Source: Chiloscyllium plagiosum (Eukaryota). From it: DNA of 64,000 bases. The notes under the pieces were generated by a model. The model saw nothing but the letters and a program-made list of their open reading frames with translations, did not search any database and was not told the DNA's origin. Positions within the stretch are counted from its first letter, which is position 1. Every line of letters begins with the position of its first letter. A program made the position numbers and the translations under genes. Below are positions 13,144 through 24,938 of the stretch, one piece after another. The stretch is taken from positions 51,837,444-51,901,443 of the forward strand of contig NC_057728.1 in the NCBI RefSeq assembly GCF_004010195.1, given 5' to 3'.

Positions 13144-14104
13144 AGGGGTTAAGGAACACACATATCTCCCAACACTCATATCACGTTCACACAGACAGTC
13201 ACCCAAGGGTGGATATGAACCCAGGTCACTGGCAATGTTAGGCAGCAGTACTAATCACTGAGCCACCACGCTGCTCTGCTAACTTGCTGGCCTTTTCAGT
13301 GCACCATCTTGCTCTGATGCTAACATTTACATTCTACAAAGCTCAGTGCAAGCAGGAGCAGAGCACCTCAGTTTATATTTAGCCACTTTACAGTCTTCAG
13401 GCTTCAACATTGTATTCAACAACTTCAGACCATTCTGTCCTCTATTTTGATTATATTCCCTTCTCCACTTGACCCCACTATGCCCATGCCTTGGTTGCAT
13501 GGGTTTGCTCTCAGCAGAGCCGACTTCTTTTTATTATTCACACTTATCATTAACACTCATTTTGCATCTCAATCTCTCTTTTACTGCTATGAGCACTCCC
13601 TTTATCTTTTGCTCTGGGAACTTTTACGTCTGTTCCATTCATTGCTCTGCCACCTTTGCCAACAGGATTAAAATAAAAACATTTTCCTGTTTGTTTCAGT
13701 CAAAGAGAACAATCAGACTGGACGAGGAAGGCTAATTCTGTTTCTCTTTCTACAGATGCTGCCAGACCTGCTGAGTTTCTCCAATATTTGCTGTTTTTAT
13801 TCCCAATCTCCATAGTATTTTACTATAATCTTAATTACAGGTTACATTGATACAATAGGCATTGTTACAGAAAATTTGAGGAAGACCTGGTGTTTGTTCT
13901 CAATTCTTCAAAATCTTAAACTGATCCATGTGACATTATCATTGGGAACTCTGCTGTATTAACCCTTTCAGACCCATACATTATACAGGGCTGCTGCCCA
14001 GGCAACACTGACCCCAAACCTAACAGAGAGCAGCTATGGGACAAGGGTTTAGCCTAGTTTGATACTGAGCTCCGTGAATCAGAACAATGCCTTACAGAGA
14101 GTTT

Positions 14105-14469
14105 TGAGATTTGCAACTCAGTTGGAGGTTCTAGATGTAGGATTGCTTCCTGAGCAAGAAGGTTTGTTTTCAGACGCTTCGTCACCATACTAGGTAACAT
14201 CATTAGTGAGCCACTGGATGAAGCACTAATGGTATTACCTGCTTTCTATTTATGTGTTTAGGTTTCCTTGGGTTGTTGAAGTCATTTCCTGTGGTGATGT
14301 CCTTTCCTTTCTTTTTCTCAGGGAGTGGTAAATGGGGTCTAAGCCAATGTACTTGTTGATAGAGGTTCGGTTGGAATGCCATGCTTCTAGGAATTCTTGT
14401 GCGTGTCTCTGTTTGGCTTGTCCTAGGATGGATGTGTTGTCCCAGTCAGAGTGATGTCCTTCCCTGTGT

Positions 14470-14515
<46 letters not shown>

Positions 14516-14577
14516 AGGAGGAGTGGGGTACTAATGAAAACAAACCTTCCAGCTCAGCGAGCAAACCTACATCCAGA
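14105..14577 (-). mobile_element. Penelope-like element (family D) 3' end with short inverted terminus and poly-G
   Basis: HHSDWDNTSILGQAKQRHAQEFLEAWHSNRTSINKYIGLDPIY is a PLE C-terminus; 14130-14172 is inverted against 14535-14577; decayed HHR ~14170-14208. Confidence 0.85.
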
Positions 14578-15806
14578 CATGCCTTATACTTAAATGTGTT
14601 TAATAGCATGTGAGGAGAACAAATCATATACCTTTCCTGAAACAGATCACCAGAGGCTGTACTTTAATAGGCACTCACTCTGCATAATGCATGGTTTACC
14701 AGTAACCTCGCTCCAGCTCTTATCACCTCCCATACCCAGGGAGTGAAGATATAAGGTAACAGCATGGAGGTTCTGAGGGGATTCAAGAGAAATCTTTGAC
14801 ACCCAGAAACTGGAGAAAGTCCGGAAGTCATTGCCTGAAAAGGCGAGAGAGTCAGAAACCCTCACTTACAGGATTAACAGGTCAATAATCACTAATCAAT
14901 GTTTGACCACGTTCTGGAGCCACTAAATCCTGGAGTGGGATTCAAACCTGGATCTTCTAGCTCAAAGGCAGGGGTGATATCCACTATGTCACAAGACCTC
15001 CCAGAATCATGCCAATTCTTTAGAACTTTGTTGTGGCCTGCTTTCAATGATATAGATAGAAAGAACACAGGAACAAAAGTAGGCCATTCAACTCATTGAG
15101 CCTGGCCCTCCATCCAGTACAATCATGGCTGGTCAAAGATTTCAATGACCATAACTCATCCCATCCCTATCATCGATAATCGGAAATCGATCAATCATAC
15201 ATAGAGCTTCCCCAGCCCTCTGCAGTAGAGAATTCTCAGACCCAAGCAACATCTCCCCACCCACCCCTTATTATTAAATTGTGGACAGAACAGTTTTAAT
15301 AAAAACAGTAACACTGGGAAATGAACACCCTGCTCACATTGGAGCTCCATTTGGAAGTAAATGATACAAATCAGACCAAGTGTCTCATTCACAAAGTTTA
15401 TTGGTTTCTCCTGGAATCCTGTTCCCTTATCCAGAGGGCAATGCCTTGGGCGATATTAACTTTATTTAAGTGATCCTCTGTTACCTGTGTGATTTTTGTG
15501 AGATTTACCTATTTTACCTGCAGAATGGGTGGCTCAAATTGCAAATTCCACTTGCTGAGTTGAAAAGTCAATCTACACAGAGTCAAGCAATTTCAGTCGG
15601 CATCACATTTAGCCTGAGCCCCTGAGTTAAATAGGAAGCAATAAAGAGAAAGATTCCTTCTTCCAGTTGACTATGCATGAGACTTCACCAAAAAAAACCA
15701 CCTCTGCTGACGAAGAGAAACAGAACAGTGAGTTTGAGTGGGATTTTTCCCAATTATCAAATACTGAAGTTCTTACAGTAGTAGAAAGATTTAATCATAT
15801 CTTTAT

Positions 15807-16110
15807 GGGTGGCACAGTGGCTCAGTAGTTAGCACTGCTGCCTAACAGCGCCAGGGACCAGGTTTAATTCCAGCCTCGGGCGACTGTCTGCGCGGGTTTC
15901 CTCCGGGTGCTCCAGTTTCCTCCCACAGTCCAAAGATGTGCAGGTTAGGTGAATTGGCCATGCTTAATTGCCCATAGTGTTCAGGGATGTGTAGGTTAAG
16001 TGCATTAGGCAGGGGTAAATGTAGGGGAATGGGTCTGGGTGGGTTACTCTTCAAAGGGTTGGTGTGGACTTGTTGGGCCAAAGGGCCTGTTTCCATACTG
16101 TAGGGAATCT
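15807..16110 (+). mobile_element. HE1-type SINE
   Basis: gggtggcacagtggctcagtagttagcactgctgcc head, V-core and CR1-like tail. Confidence 0.9.
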
Positions 16111-16679
16111 AAGCTAATATCTTATTGAGACTTATAGAGAGAACCTGACTGAGCAGATGATTATAGGAAGTTTTGCCTTGTGTCTGAAACTAGAACAAGG
16201 AAACAGAGTTTAAAAATCAGGGATTCCCCATTTAAGACAGTGATGAGGAATTCTTTTTCTTCTCAAAAGAGCATGAGCCTTTGGAATTCTTGCTTGTTGA
16301 AGACACTGGGTTATGGATGCTTGTAAGGCTGAGGTAGCATGATCTTACCAAATGGTGGAGCAAGCTTGAAGCACTAAATGGCTTACTCCTGTTCCTAATT
16401 CAAATGCTGGGAAAGAGATTGACAGAATGGAAGAAGGCCATTTGGCCCATTTTGTCTGTGCTAGCTGACAAGGAGCTATTTAATCTAATCCTATTTCTCA
16501 GCCCTTGGCCTGCAGTCCAGTATGATAGAATAGTAATTTTTAAAATTAGCACAAGTGTTTCTGTTTTCACCAGTCTTTTAGGCAGTGACTTCATGTTCCA
16601 CCAGTCTCTGGATGAAAACGTTTCCCCTCTAAACCAACTACCTTAACCTGGTGTGACTGGTTATGGACTCCTCAAGCAC

Positions 16680-17690
16680 TCAGCCTTGACCCCTCATTAC
16701 TGATGATAGCACAATGTTCGATACCATTCATGATTCCTCAGTTATAAAAGCAGTCCATGCCCAAATGCAACAAAACCTGGACAATATCAAGGTTTGGGCT
16801 GACAAATAACAAATAACATTTAAGCCACACAAGTGCCCAAAATGACCATCTCCAACAAGAGGGAATCTAACCATTGCCCTTTAACATTCATTGGCGTTAG
16901 CATTACAAATGCCCCACTGTCAACATTCTGTGGATTACCATTGATTAGAAACTGAAATGGGCTGGTCATGTAAGTAATGTAGCTACAAGAGCAGGTCAGG
17001 AGCTAGGAATCCTGCAGCGAATAACTCACCTCCTGGTTCCCCAAGACCTGTCCAGTATCGACAAGGCACAAGTCACAAGTGTGATGGAATACTCTCCACT
17101 TGCATGGATGGGTGCAGCTCCTATAGCACTCAAGAAGCTTGACACCATCCAGGACAAAGCAACAGGCTTGATTAGCACCACATCTACAAACATTCAATCC
17201 CTCCACTACTGACGCTCAGTAGCAGCAGTGTGTACCATCGGCAATTCATTGCTGAAATTCACTAAAGCTCTTTAGATAGCTTTGAAACACTTTCAAGTTA
17301 GAAGGATAAGGGCAGCAAATAAAGGGGAATACCAGCCCCTGTAAATGCCCCACCCATCCACCTGACTTAGAAATATATTGCCATCCCTTCACTGTCACTG
17401 AGTCAAAATCCTGGAACTCCCTTCCAAATGGACTGATCATAGAATCCCTAGGGTGTGGAAACAGGCCATTTGGCCCAACAAGTCCACACCGACTTCCGAA
17501 GAGTAACCTACCCATTCCCCTACCCTATTACTCTACATTTACCCCTGACTAATGTACCTAACCTACACATCCCTGAACACTGTAGCAGTTCAAGAAGGCA
17601 GTTCAGCACCACGTTCTCCAGGGCAATTAAGAAAGGGTAATAATTGTATGCCCGGCCAACAATGTCCACATTCTATGATGAAATTAAAAA
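16680..17690 (+). mobile_element. Older CR1-type LINE 3' region with nested HE1 fragment (~17437-17581)
   Basis: WAD.(W)Q.TF.PHKC and KAQV.SVMEYSPLAWMGAAP motifs. Confidence 0.75.
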
Positions 17691-17924
17691 CATTTCTGTG
17701 GGTCTGGAGTCACATATAGGCCAGGCCAGGTAGGGACAGCGGATTTACTTCGCTAAATGGGCCTTAGTCAACCAATGTTTTTGCAACAAATGATTATTGT
17801 TTCATGGTCACCATCACTGAGACAAACCTTCAATTTCAGATTAATTAACTGAATTCAAATCCCAACAACTGTCATGGATATGCACTCCAAAGTTCATCTG
17901 CTCCTCTACAGATCTGCATTGTGT

Positions 17925-18575
17925 TTTTGGTCACTCAAGGGATTTAGGCTTTGCTGGTTGGGCCAGCATTTATAGCCTGTTCCCTAGTTGCCCTTGAGGA
18001 GGTGGTGGTAAGCTGCCTTCTTGAATCGCTGCAGTCCACCTGCTGAAGGTAGATCCCACAATGCCCTTTGGGAGGGAATTCCAGGATTTTGACCTAGTGA
18101 CATTGAAAGAACAGTGGTATATTTCCAAGGCAGGATGATGAGTGGCTTGGAGGGGAATGTGCAGGTGATGGTATTTGTTGCTCTTGTCCTTCTAGATGGA
18201 AGTGGTTGTGGGTTTGGAAGGTGCCGTCTGAGAGTCCTTGGTGAATTTCTGCAGTGCATCTTGTAGATAGTACACATTGCTGCTACTGAGCGTTGGCAGG
18301 GGAGGGAGTGGATGCTTGTGAATGTGGTGCCAGTTAAGTGCTTTGTCCTGGCTGGTTGGCGCTTTGAGTAGAATAGATAAGAATAGAATCCCTACAGTGG
18401 GGATTAGGCCCAAATCAAGTTCACCTCGACCCTCTGAAGAGTATCCCACACATACCTATTCCCACCCTATTACTCCACATTTCCCCTGAAAAATGCACCA
18501 AGCTTCTTCAGTCTTGCTGGAGATGCAGCCTTCCAGGCAAGTGGGGAGTATTCCATCACACTCCTGACTTGTGAC
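17925..18575 (-). mobile_element. Older CR1-type LINE 3' region with nested HE1 fragment
   Basis: CTIYKMHCRNSPR.LR.HLPNP...LQRFKKAAYHHLLKGN in ORF 17984..18277. Confidence 0.75.
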
Positions 18576-19166
18576 TTGCTACCATATACTATCATTTATT
18601 ATAGATTCACATGTCTTCTTAGCCTCCAGATAAATTATCTAACATCTCAGCTCAGAAACAGAGCATTTGGCCCAGCTTGTCCATGCTGGTGTCTATCCCT
18701 CCCAATGTCACCCCATCCAGATACACTCCTGCTCCTTTCTCCCTCGTGGAATTGTCCAGAATTTCCTTAAATGCATCTCCGCTGTTCACCGCTGAGTTCC
18801 ACTCCCTACGTAAATCAGTTTCACTCAAAAGGTTAGCACAAGAGAAAGGCACACGAGATGGAGCTTTTCAATGAGAAACGCACTCAGTCAGTGCATTCAT
18901 GAAAGGAAGCAAGAAAACAGTAACAAGTGAAGAAATATTCAAAATAGTCTCATGGAATTGTTAATTTGTTACAGCTTAGAAGTAGGCCATTTGACCCATC
19001 ATGTCCATGCTGTCCTCCTAAGATGCGATTGTTGTACTGCTTCTTCACGACCTCTCACCACATCCCACACATTCAGATATTTACTCTTTCCAGGTATTTA
19101 GAAACTCAGGAACTTTCATGTCTCTGCTTTCAGATTAGGAAGAGAAGTCAAATTCTGCTTACCAAC

Positions 19167-19261
19167 CTTGACAACACATCTGTCCACCATGGAATCCAGC
19201 CATTCAATGTAGGACTCAGTGGGTGATTGCTCCTCTAAAAGATGATCAAATTCCTGATACA
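19167..19261 (-). CDS. RFX4: RFX4 coding exon (95 nt): (L)[31 protein letters not shown]
   Basis: Manual translation; ctctctag|TG acceptor and in-frame donor AAG|gttggt. Confidence 0.96.
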
Positions 19262-19365
19262 CTAGAGAGATGGAAAGGTGCAGAAAAGGCCAGTGAGCTA
19301 CAGTGGTGACAAAGACACAGGAACATTACTGCAATCACACAGATTGGCAGACAACAAACACATTG

Positions 19366-19810
19366 CAGAAGGAGATCCAGCTTCACACCAGACGGAGATC
19401 AGTCTAGCTGCAGAGGGAGATCCAGCCTCACACCAGAGAGAGATCAGTCTAGCTGCAGAGGGAGATCCAGCCACAAACCAGAGGGAGATCAGTCTAGCTG
19501 CAGAGGGAGATCCAGCCTCACACCAGAGAGAGAGATCAGTCTAGCTGCAGAGGGAGATCCAGCCTCACACCAGAGGGAGATCAGTCTAGCTGCAGAGGGA
19601 GATCCAGTCTGACTGCTAATGGAAATCCAGTCTCTGCAGGGGGAGATCTAGTCTCTGCAGGGGTAGATATAGTATCTGCAGGGGGACATCCAACCTTTGG
19701 GAGGGGAAAATCCAGTCTCATTGCAGAAGGAGATCCAGTCTCAGCAGGGAGATCCAGTCACTGCATGGGAAGATCTAGCTTCTGCAAGGGGAGATCTAGT
19801 CTCAGTGCAG
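19366..19810. repeat. Minisatellite: about 5 copies of a 45-bp unit followed by decayed ~20-25-bp subunits
   Basis: gcagagggagatccagcctcacaccagagagagatcagtctagct in tandem. Confidence 0.9.
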
Positions 19811-20427
19811 ACAAAGGGGGCAGAACATTACCTGGACATGTCTTCAATATGGAGATGGTGATAACACGGCACCATAGCAGCTAGGCTTTAGGCTGCCCAG
19901 AAATGGGGCATTTCTTGTCACTGACAGACTTGACAGATCCCAGAACACAGTTTTGTAGGGACCAGGGCAGTTCTTTCTAGGTCTCTGGTCCAATATTTAT
20001 CCCTCAGCTAACCTCACCGATACAGATTAATTGAACATCTACCTTTATGCAATTGTGATATCTTGCTGTGTGCAGTTGAATCCTGCCTCTGTATTTCAGC
20101 AGGGACCACATTTCAAAGACAACTTCAGGAAGATAACTGGACAGAGCATGGTAACATAAAGGAAGACCATTGAACCTCCATCATTTGTCTGCCAGATCCA
20201 TCCAAGTTAAACACTTGTTTACTAATAACTAGGCATGGCTAAATAATTCAAAAACCTTTAAAATTTGTGACATTTTCTGTTGTGCGTTGGGAGAAATGAT
20301 TGTGCGCAAGGGCTATTTGTTCTGGGAAGTCTTTTTGACAAGTCTTTAAAAGGGAAAGCTTAAGGCAGATGTCAGTGAGTGGAGAGACTAACTGTGAATA
20401 TCTATCTTGTGACTAATTCATTCTTAC

Positions 20428-20572
20428 ATTTCACAATGAGTTTCCTGTGCTCCTCTCGGGAATTCTCCATGGTGTACAGGGTCTGTTTAGTGATGCTATT
20501 CAGATCCACATTTCTCCAGTCCTCCAACATTTGGAAAGTTATATCTGCACTGTGAATGACTGCCCGTGATGC
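20428..20572 (-). CDS. RFX4: RFX4 coding exon (145 nt): [48 protein letters not shown]
   Basis: Manual translation; cctgtag|GCA acceptor and AAAT|gtaaga donor. Confidence 0.97.
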
Positions 20573-20674
20573 CTACAGGGTTCAAATAACAGGCTTCTTT
20601 AATTATTTATGGTTATTTATCATTGTGTGATAGCAAAATAATCACGATTGATGTGCACATAAGAAATAAGTATA

Positions 20675-21070
20675 CATGTTGAAAGTTTTTACCTTGCACT
20701 CATCAGGACAAATGCAAGAATACCAAATTTCAAACAACTGCAACAATTTATACTATAGAATAAAAGGGTGCTGATTGGTTGGCAAGCCAAGACTGATTGG
20801 CTGAGGCATCATCAGGTAAAATGTGAGTCCAGCCTCTGAGGTAATTAAAAAAAAGCACACAGCTTGAACATAATATTTTTGACACAGAGAATGGGTTCCT
20901 GTGCATGAGTGCTTGTCACTTCCGGCAAGCATACATGAGCCATGTTATGGGCTAAACTGATTATTGTAAAGTAGTTGTTTGTGTAGCTATTAGTGTATTC
21001 AGGATTGTTCAGCCAAGCGTTACCCAATTGGAGAATCATAACTCTAACAGCAGACATTTTGTTTTGGGGT
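20675..21070 (-). mobile_element. Old HHR-bearing repeat (family E)
   Basis: Minus strand TGTC-CTGATGA-GTGCAAGGT-AAAAACTTTC-AACA at 20677-20710; similar to 8300-8620. Confidence 0.6.
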
Positions 21071-22285
21071 TTGCAAGCATGGGCTGATTGAGTTCAGTCT
21101 TTACTCTACCTGTTATGAACAGCAGAAGGAACATTTTGTTTGATTCAATCAGCCATCTTTGGGATTTACACTGCATTGCACTGACACTGAAATTCATACA
21201 ATACCTGGATCAATTGTGTGGTAGCAGCATCCAGTTAGTGGGAAATATCACTCGTGTTGCCATATTATTATAAGAACACGAAATGGCTTAAGCAACAATT
21301 TACAATATCCACTGTAATATGGGACTCCATGGTTGAGTAGCAGTTGCTGAATAATCCTGAGAGTGCTAATACCTTCATCAACAACCAATCACCCCAACTC
21401 AAACACCATTTTGACTTGTGTCATCACAATCATTCTCATTGCTAAATCCTCTACCCCATATTACCATCGGAACACTATCACTACATGGACTCCAGTGATG
21501 AACAAAGACTCAGCACTACTTTCTCATGGTAACTGGGGTGCCAGTGATAATCACATCCAGAGAATGAATCAAAGAGATGCTGAGTGTTATAAAACAAAAG
21601 TTTTTAATTCCACATCAAGGCAGAAGAAGCTATAATTTTGACAAAGTCATACCATTAGGATTATATAAAATATCTGGCACAAAAACAGGCCATTCAGCCC
21701 ATAACGTCAATGCTGACATTTATGCTCCATTTGAGCTTACCCCATCCTTCCTCATAGAAATTGGTCAGTGAAACCATGTTGACTTCTCCCTCATCTGCTT
21801 GTTTACCTTCCTCTTGAAAGCATATTTAAAATTCATGTCAAATACACCCATTGGAATGAGTTTCCCAATCTCACCACTCTTTGGCTAAAGTAGCTTCTTC
21901 TGAATTTGATATCTTGGTGACTATCCCATATTGCGATTTCTAGTTATACCTTCTCTCACAGGTGGCATTATTCTCTCTACCTCCACTCTATTGAAACCTT
22001 CCAGAATTTAAAGACATAAAAGGTCACCCCTTGGCCTTCCTTTCACTCTGCCAACCTTTTCTGATGTGTAAACCCTTGTAATCATAACTGCTCCTTCTCC
22101 TGAGGTTATAAGCCCCTATTACAATATGGAAGCCAGAATTGTGCACTGTGCTCTAAGCATTGCCTAATCAAGGTTTCCTTCAGACTGAACGTAACTCGCC
22201 TCCTTTCCTATTTGATCTTTCCAGAGATAAGCCCCAGGACTAGGTTTCCTTTTTTAGTTTATTGCCTTCTTAATCTGCAGAAACT

Positions 22286-22490
22286 GGGCAGCATGGTGGC
22301 TCAATGGTTAGCACTGCTGCCTCACACTGCCAAAGACCTGAGCTTGATTCCACCCTTGGGTGACTGGCCATGTGGAGTTTGCATGCTGTCCCCAAGTCTG
22401 TGTAGGTATCTGTTGGCTGCTCTGGTTTTCTCCCACAGTCCAAAGATATGCAAGTTAGGTGGATTGGCCATGCTAAATTATCCATAGTGA
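22286..22490 (+). mobile_element. HE1-type SINE (3'-truncated)
   Basis: gggcagcatggtggctcaatggttagcactgctgcctcac head and core. Confidence 0.88.
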
Positions 22491-22535
22491 CCCAATATAT
22501 TCAGTCTCTCCTCATAAGACAGTCCCTACTCCATT

Positions 22536-22755
22536 CCGGATGTAGGTTTGCTCGCTGAGCTGGAAGGTTCATTTCCAGACGTTTCATTACCCTACTAGGT
22601 AACATCTTCAGTGGGCCTCTGGGTGAAGCACTGCTGATAATTCCTGCTTTCTATTTATATGTTTGGGTTTCCTTGGGTTGGTGGTGTCATTTCCTGTGAT
22701 GATGTCATTTCCAGTTCTTTTTCTCAGGGGGTTGTAGATGGGGTCTAACTCAATT
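22536..22755 (-). mobile_element. Penelope-like family D 3' fragment
   Basis: IELDPIYNPLRKR C-terminus followed by a pLTR homologous to 14130-14345. Confidence 0.85.
22575..22614 (-). ncRNA. Minimal hammerhead ribozyme (family D)
   Basis: CCA-CUGAAGA-U-GUUACC UAGUAG GGUAAU-GAAA-CG-UC-UGG: intact core, stem I CCA/UGG, palindromic ACGU stem III. Confidence 0.8.
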
Positions 22756-23024
22756 CCCTGTGAGAAAAATGCCAACAATCCTGGGCCTGACCTTTTACTC
22801 ATTGAATTTAGCTTGTTTGTAATTCATGGACTAGGACTCCCAAATCCCATTGTTCAATAGCTTTCTGCAGTCTTTCTCCATTTAAATAATATTCAGTTCC
22901 TCTATTCTTCCCAACAAAGTTTATAACCTCATACTTCCCCACCTTAGATTCCATCTATCCGTTTTGCCCACTCACTGAACTGTTTATTTGCCTCTGCAGA
23001 CTGTGTGCCTTTCCACCACATTTT

Positions 23025-23189
23025 GTTGCGGAGCTGCCGGTATTAGACTGGGCTGGACAAGGCCAGAAGTCACACATCAACAGTGTTGCTCCTTCATCAG
23101 GTGCTGTGACAAAGAGGTAGTGCTCCAAAATCTTGTGATTTCAAATAATCCTGCTGGACCAAAACCTTGTGTCGTGTGACTTCTGACCT
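23025..23189. mobile_element. Miniature family C Penelope fold-back
   Basis: aggccagaagtcacac ... gtgtgacttctgacct inverted ends, two decayed HHR halves, one-sided tail on the left. Confidence 0.7.
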
Positions 23190-24229
23190 AATGGCAAACT
23201 TGGCTGTAGTACATTCAGTTTCCTCATCCAAGTCATTGATAAATATTGGAAATACTTGTGCTTACAGCACTGATCCCTGTGGCATGCTATAGTTTTTTGC
23301 AGTATTATCCCGTTTATCTCTGAATAGTCTTATTCCCATCATAGGCTTCCTTTTTCTATTAAGTTCCTGCAAAACATTTTACTATTTTGTTTAATTTTAG
23401 TTTTAAATTTTGTTTTATGTTTCATTTTTCTCTTTCTAATTGCTTTGTAAATTTTCTCATTATGTCTTCATCTCCCCGCTTATCCTGCACTCTGTTGCCT
23501 GTGTAAACCAGATCCTAAACCTTGATTGTTACTATCTCTTTTTATTCAACTCTGGAGTCTTACTCATGTTTAGATTGTTCTTTCTTCTTAGCAGTACATA
23601 TTTCATTTCACTCTGTTGAACATTGTTTTAAATGTTTTCCACTGTTGAGTTACATCATTTTATGTCAATATTGTCACCTATTTTCTTTTCTCAAGTTCTG
23701 TTCTCAGGTGCTCAAAATAAGTTTTTACCAATCTATTAACTGTTTTTTGTCATACTAATGTCCTTCTCTATCATCACCTTAAAATATTATGGTCACTACT
23801 ATCTAGATGATACAAATTGTTTAGTTCTCTTACCTGCTTTGTCTCATTTTCTAATACCAGATTCAACAGCATATTATTCCTTACAATTTTCATAATATAT
23901 GGGTTGGAAGGGAGTCTTGTACACATTGTAGACAAATCATTGTCTCCTCCCTTTTACATACCTCTCCTGTCTAATTAATATGAAGATAGTTGAAATTCCT
24001 CCAAACCTTCCCCCCATGATTATTATTCTTTTAATAAATCTCAATTCCCTGTCTGCATACATCTTCCTCCAACACCCCCCCCCCCCCCCCAACCACCACC
24101 ACCTTTCACAACTCAGTAGTCTGTAAACTCGATATAGGAGAAGGTGAGGACTGCAGATGGTGGAGATCAGAGCTGAAAATGCGTTGCTGGAAAAGCGCAG
24201 CAGGTCAAGCAGCATCCAAGGAGCAGGAG

Positions 24230-24265
24230 AATCGACGTTTCGGGCATGAGCCCTTCTTCAGGAAT
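24230..24265 (-). ncRNA. Minimal hammerhead ribozyme (family A)
   Basis: AUUC-CUGAAGA-A-GGGC UCAU GCCC-GAAA-CG-UC-GAUU; intact core, weak stem I. Confidence 0.8.
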
Positions 24266-24938
24266 GAGGAAAGTGTGCCAAGCAGGTTAAGATAAAAGGT
24301 AGGGAGGAGGGACTTGGGGGAGGGGCATTGGAAATGNNNNNNNNNNNNNNNNNNNNNNNNNNNNNNNNNNNNNNNNNNNNNNNNNNNNNNNNNNNNNNNN
24401 NNNNNNNNNNNNNNNNNNNNNNTGGGGGAGTCCAAGGACCTGCATGTCCTTGGTGGAGTGGGAGGGGGAGTTGAAGTGTTGAGCCACGGGGTGGTTGGGT
24501 TGGTTGGTCCGGGTGTCCCAGAGGTGTTCTCTGAAACGTTCCGCAAGTAGGCGGCCTGTCTCCCCAATATAGAGGAGGCCACATCGGGTGCAGCGGATGC
24601 AATAAATGATGTGTGTGGAGGTGCAGGTGAATTTGTGGCGGATATGGAAGGATCCCTTGGGGCCTTGGAGGGAAGTAAGGGGGAGGTGTGGGCGCAAGTT
24701 TTGCATTTCTTGCGGTTGCAGAGGAAGCGGCCGGGAGTGGAGGTTGGGTTGATGGGGGACCTGACGAGGGAGTCACGGAGGGAGTGGTCTTTATGAAACG
24801 CTGATAGGGGAGGGGAGGGGGGGTGTGGACCTGACGAGGGAGTCACAGAGGGAGTGGTCTTTATGAAACGCTGATAGGGGAGGGGAGGGAAATATATCCC
24901 TGGTGGTGGGTCCGTTTGGAGGTGGCGGAAATGACGTG

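Noticed and set aside
14250..14627. Poly-Pro or poly-Gly ORFs
   Set aside because: Translation of a poly-G tract joined to a Penelope C-terminal fragment.
19278..19544. ORF with repeated AAEGDPASHQREISL as a protein-coding gene
   Set aside because: Result of a 45-bp minisatellite staying in frame; antisense within an RFX4 intron with no gene structure.
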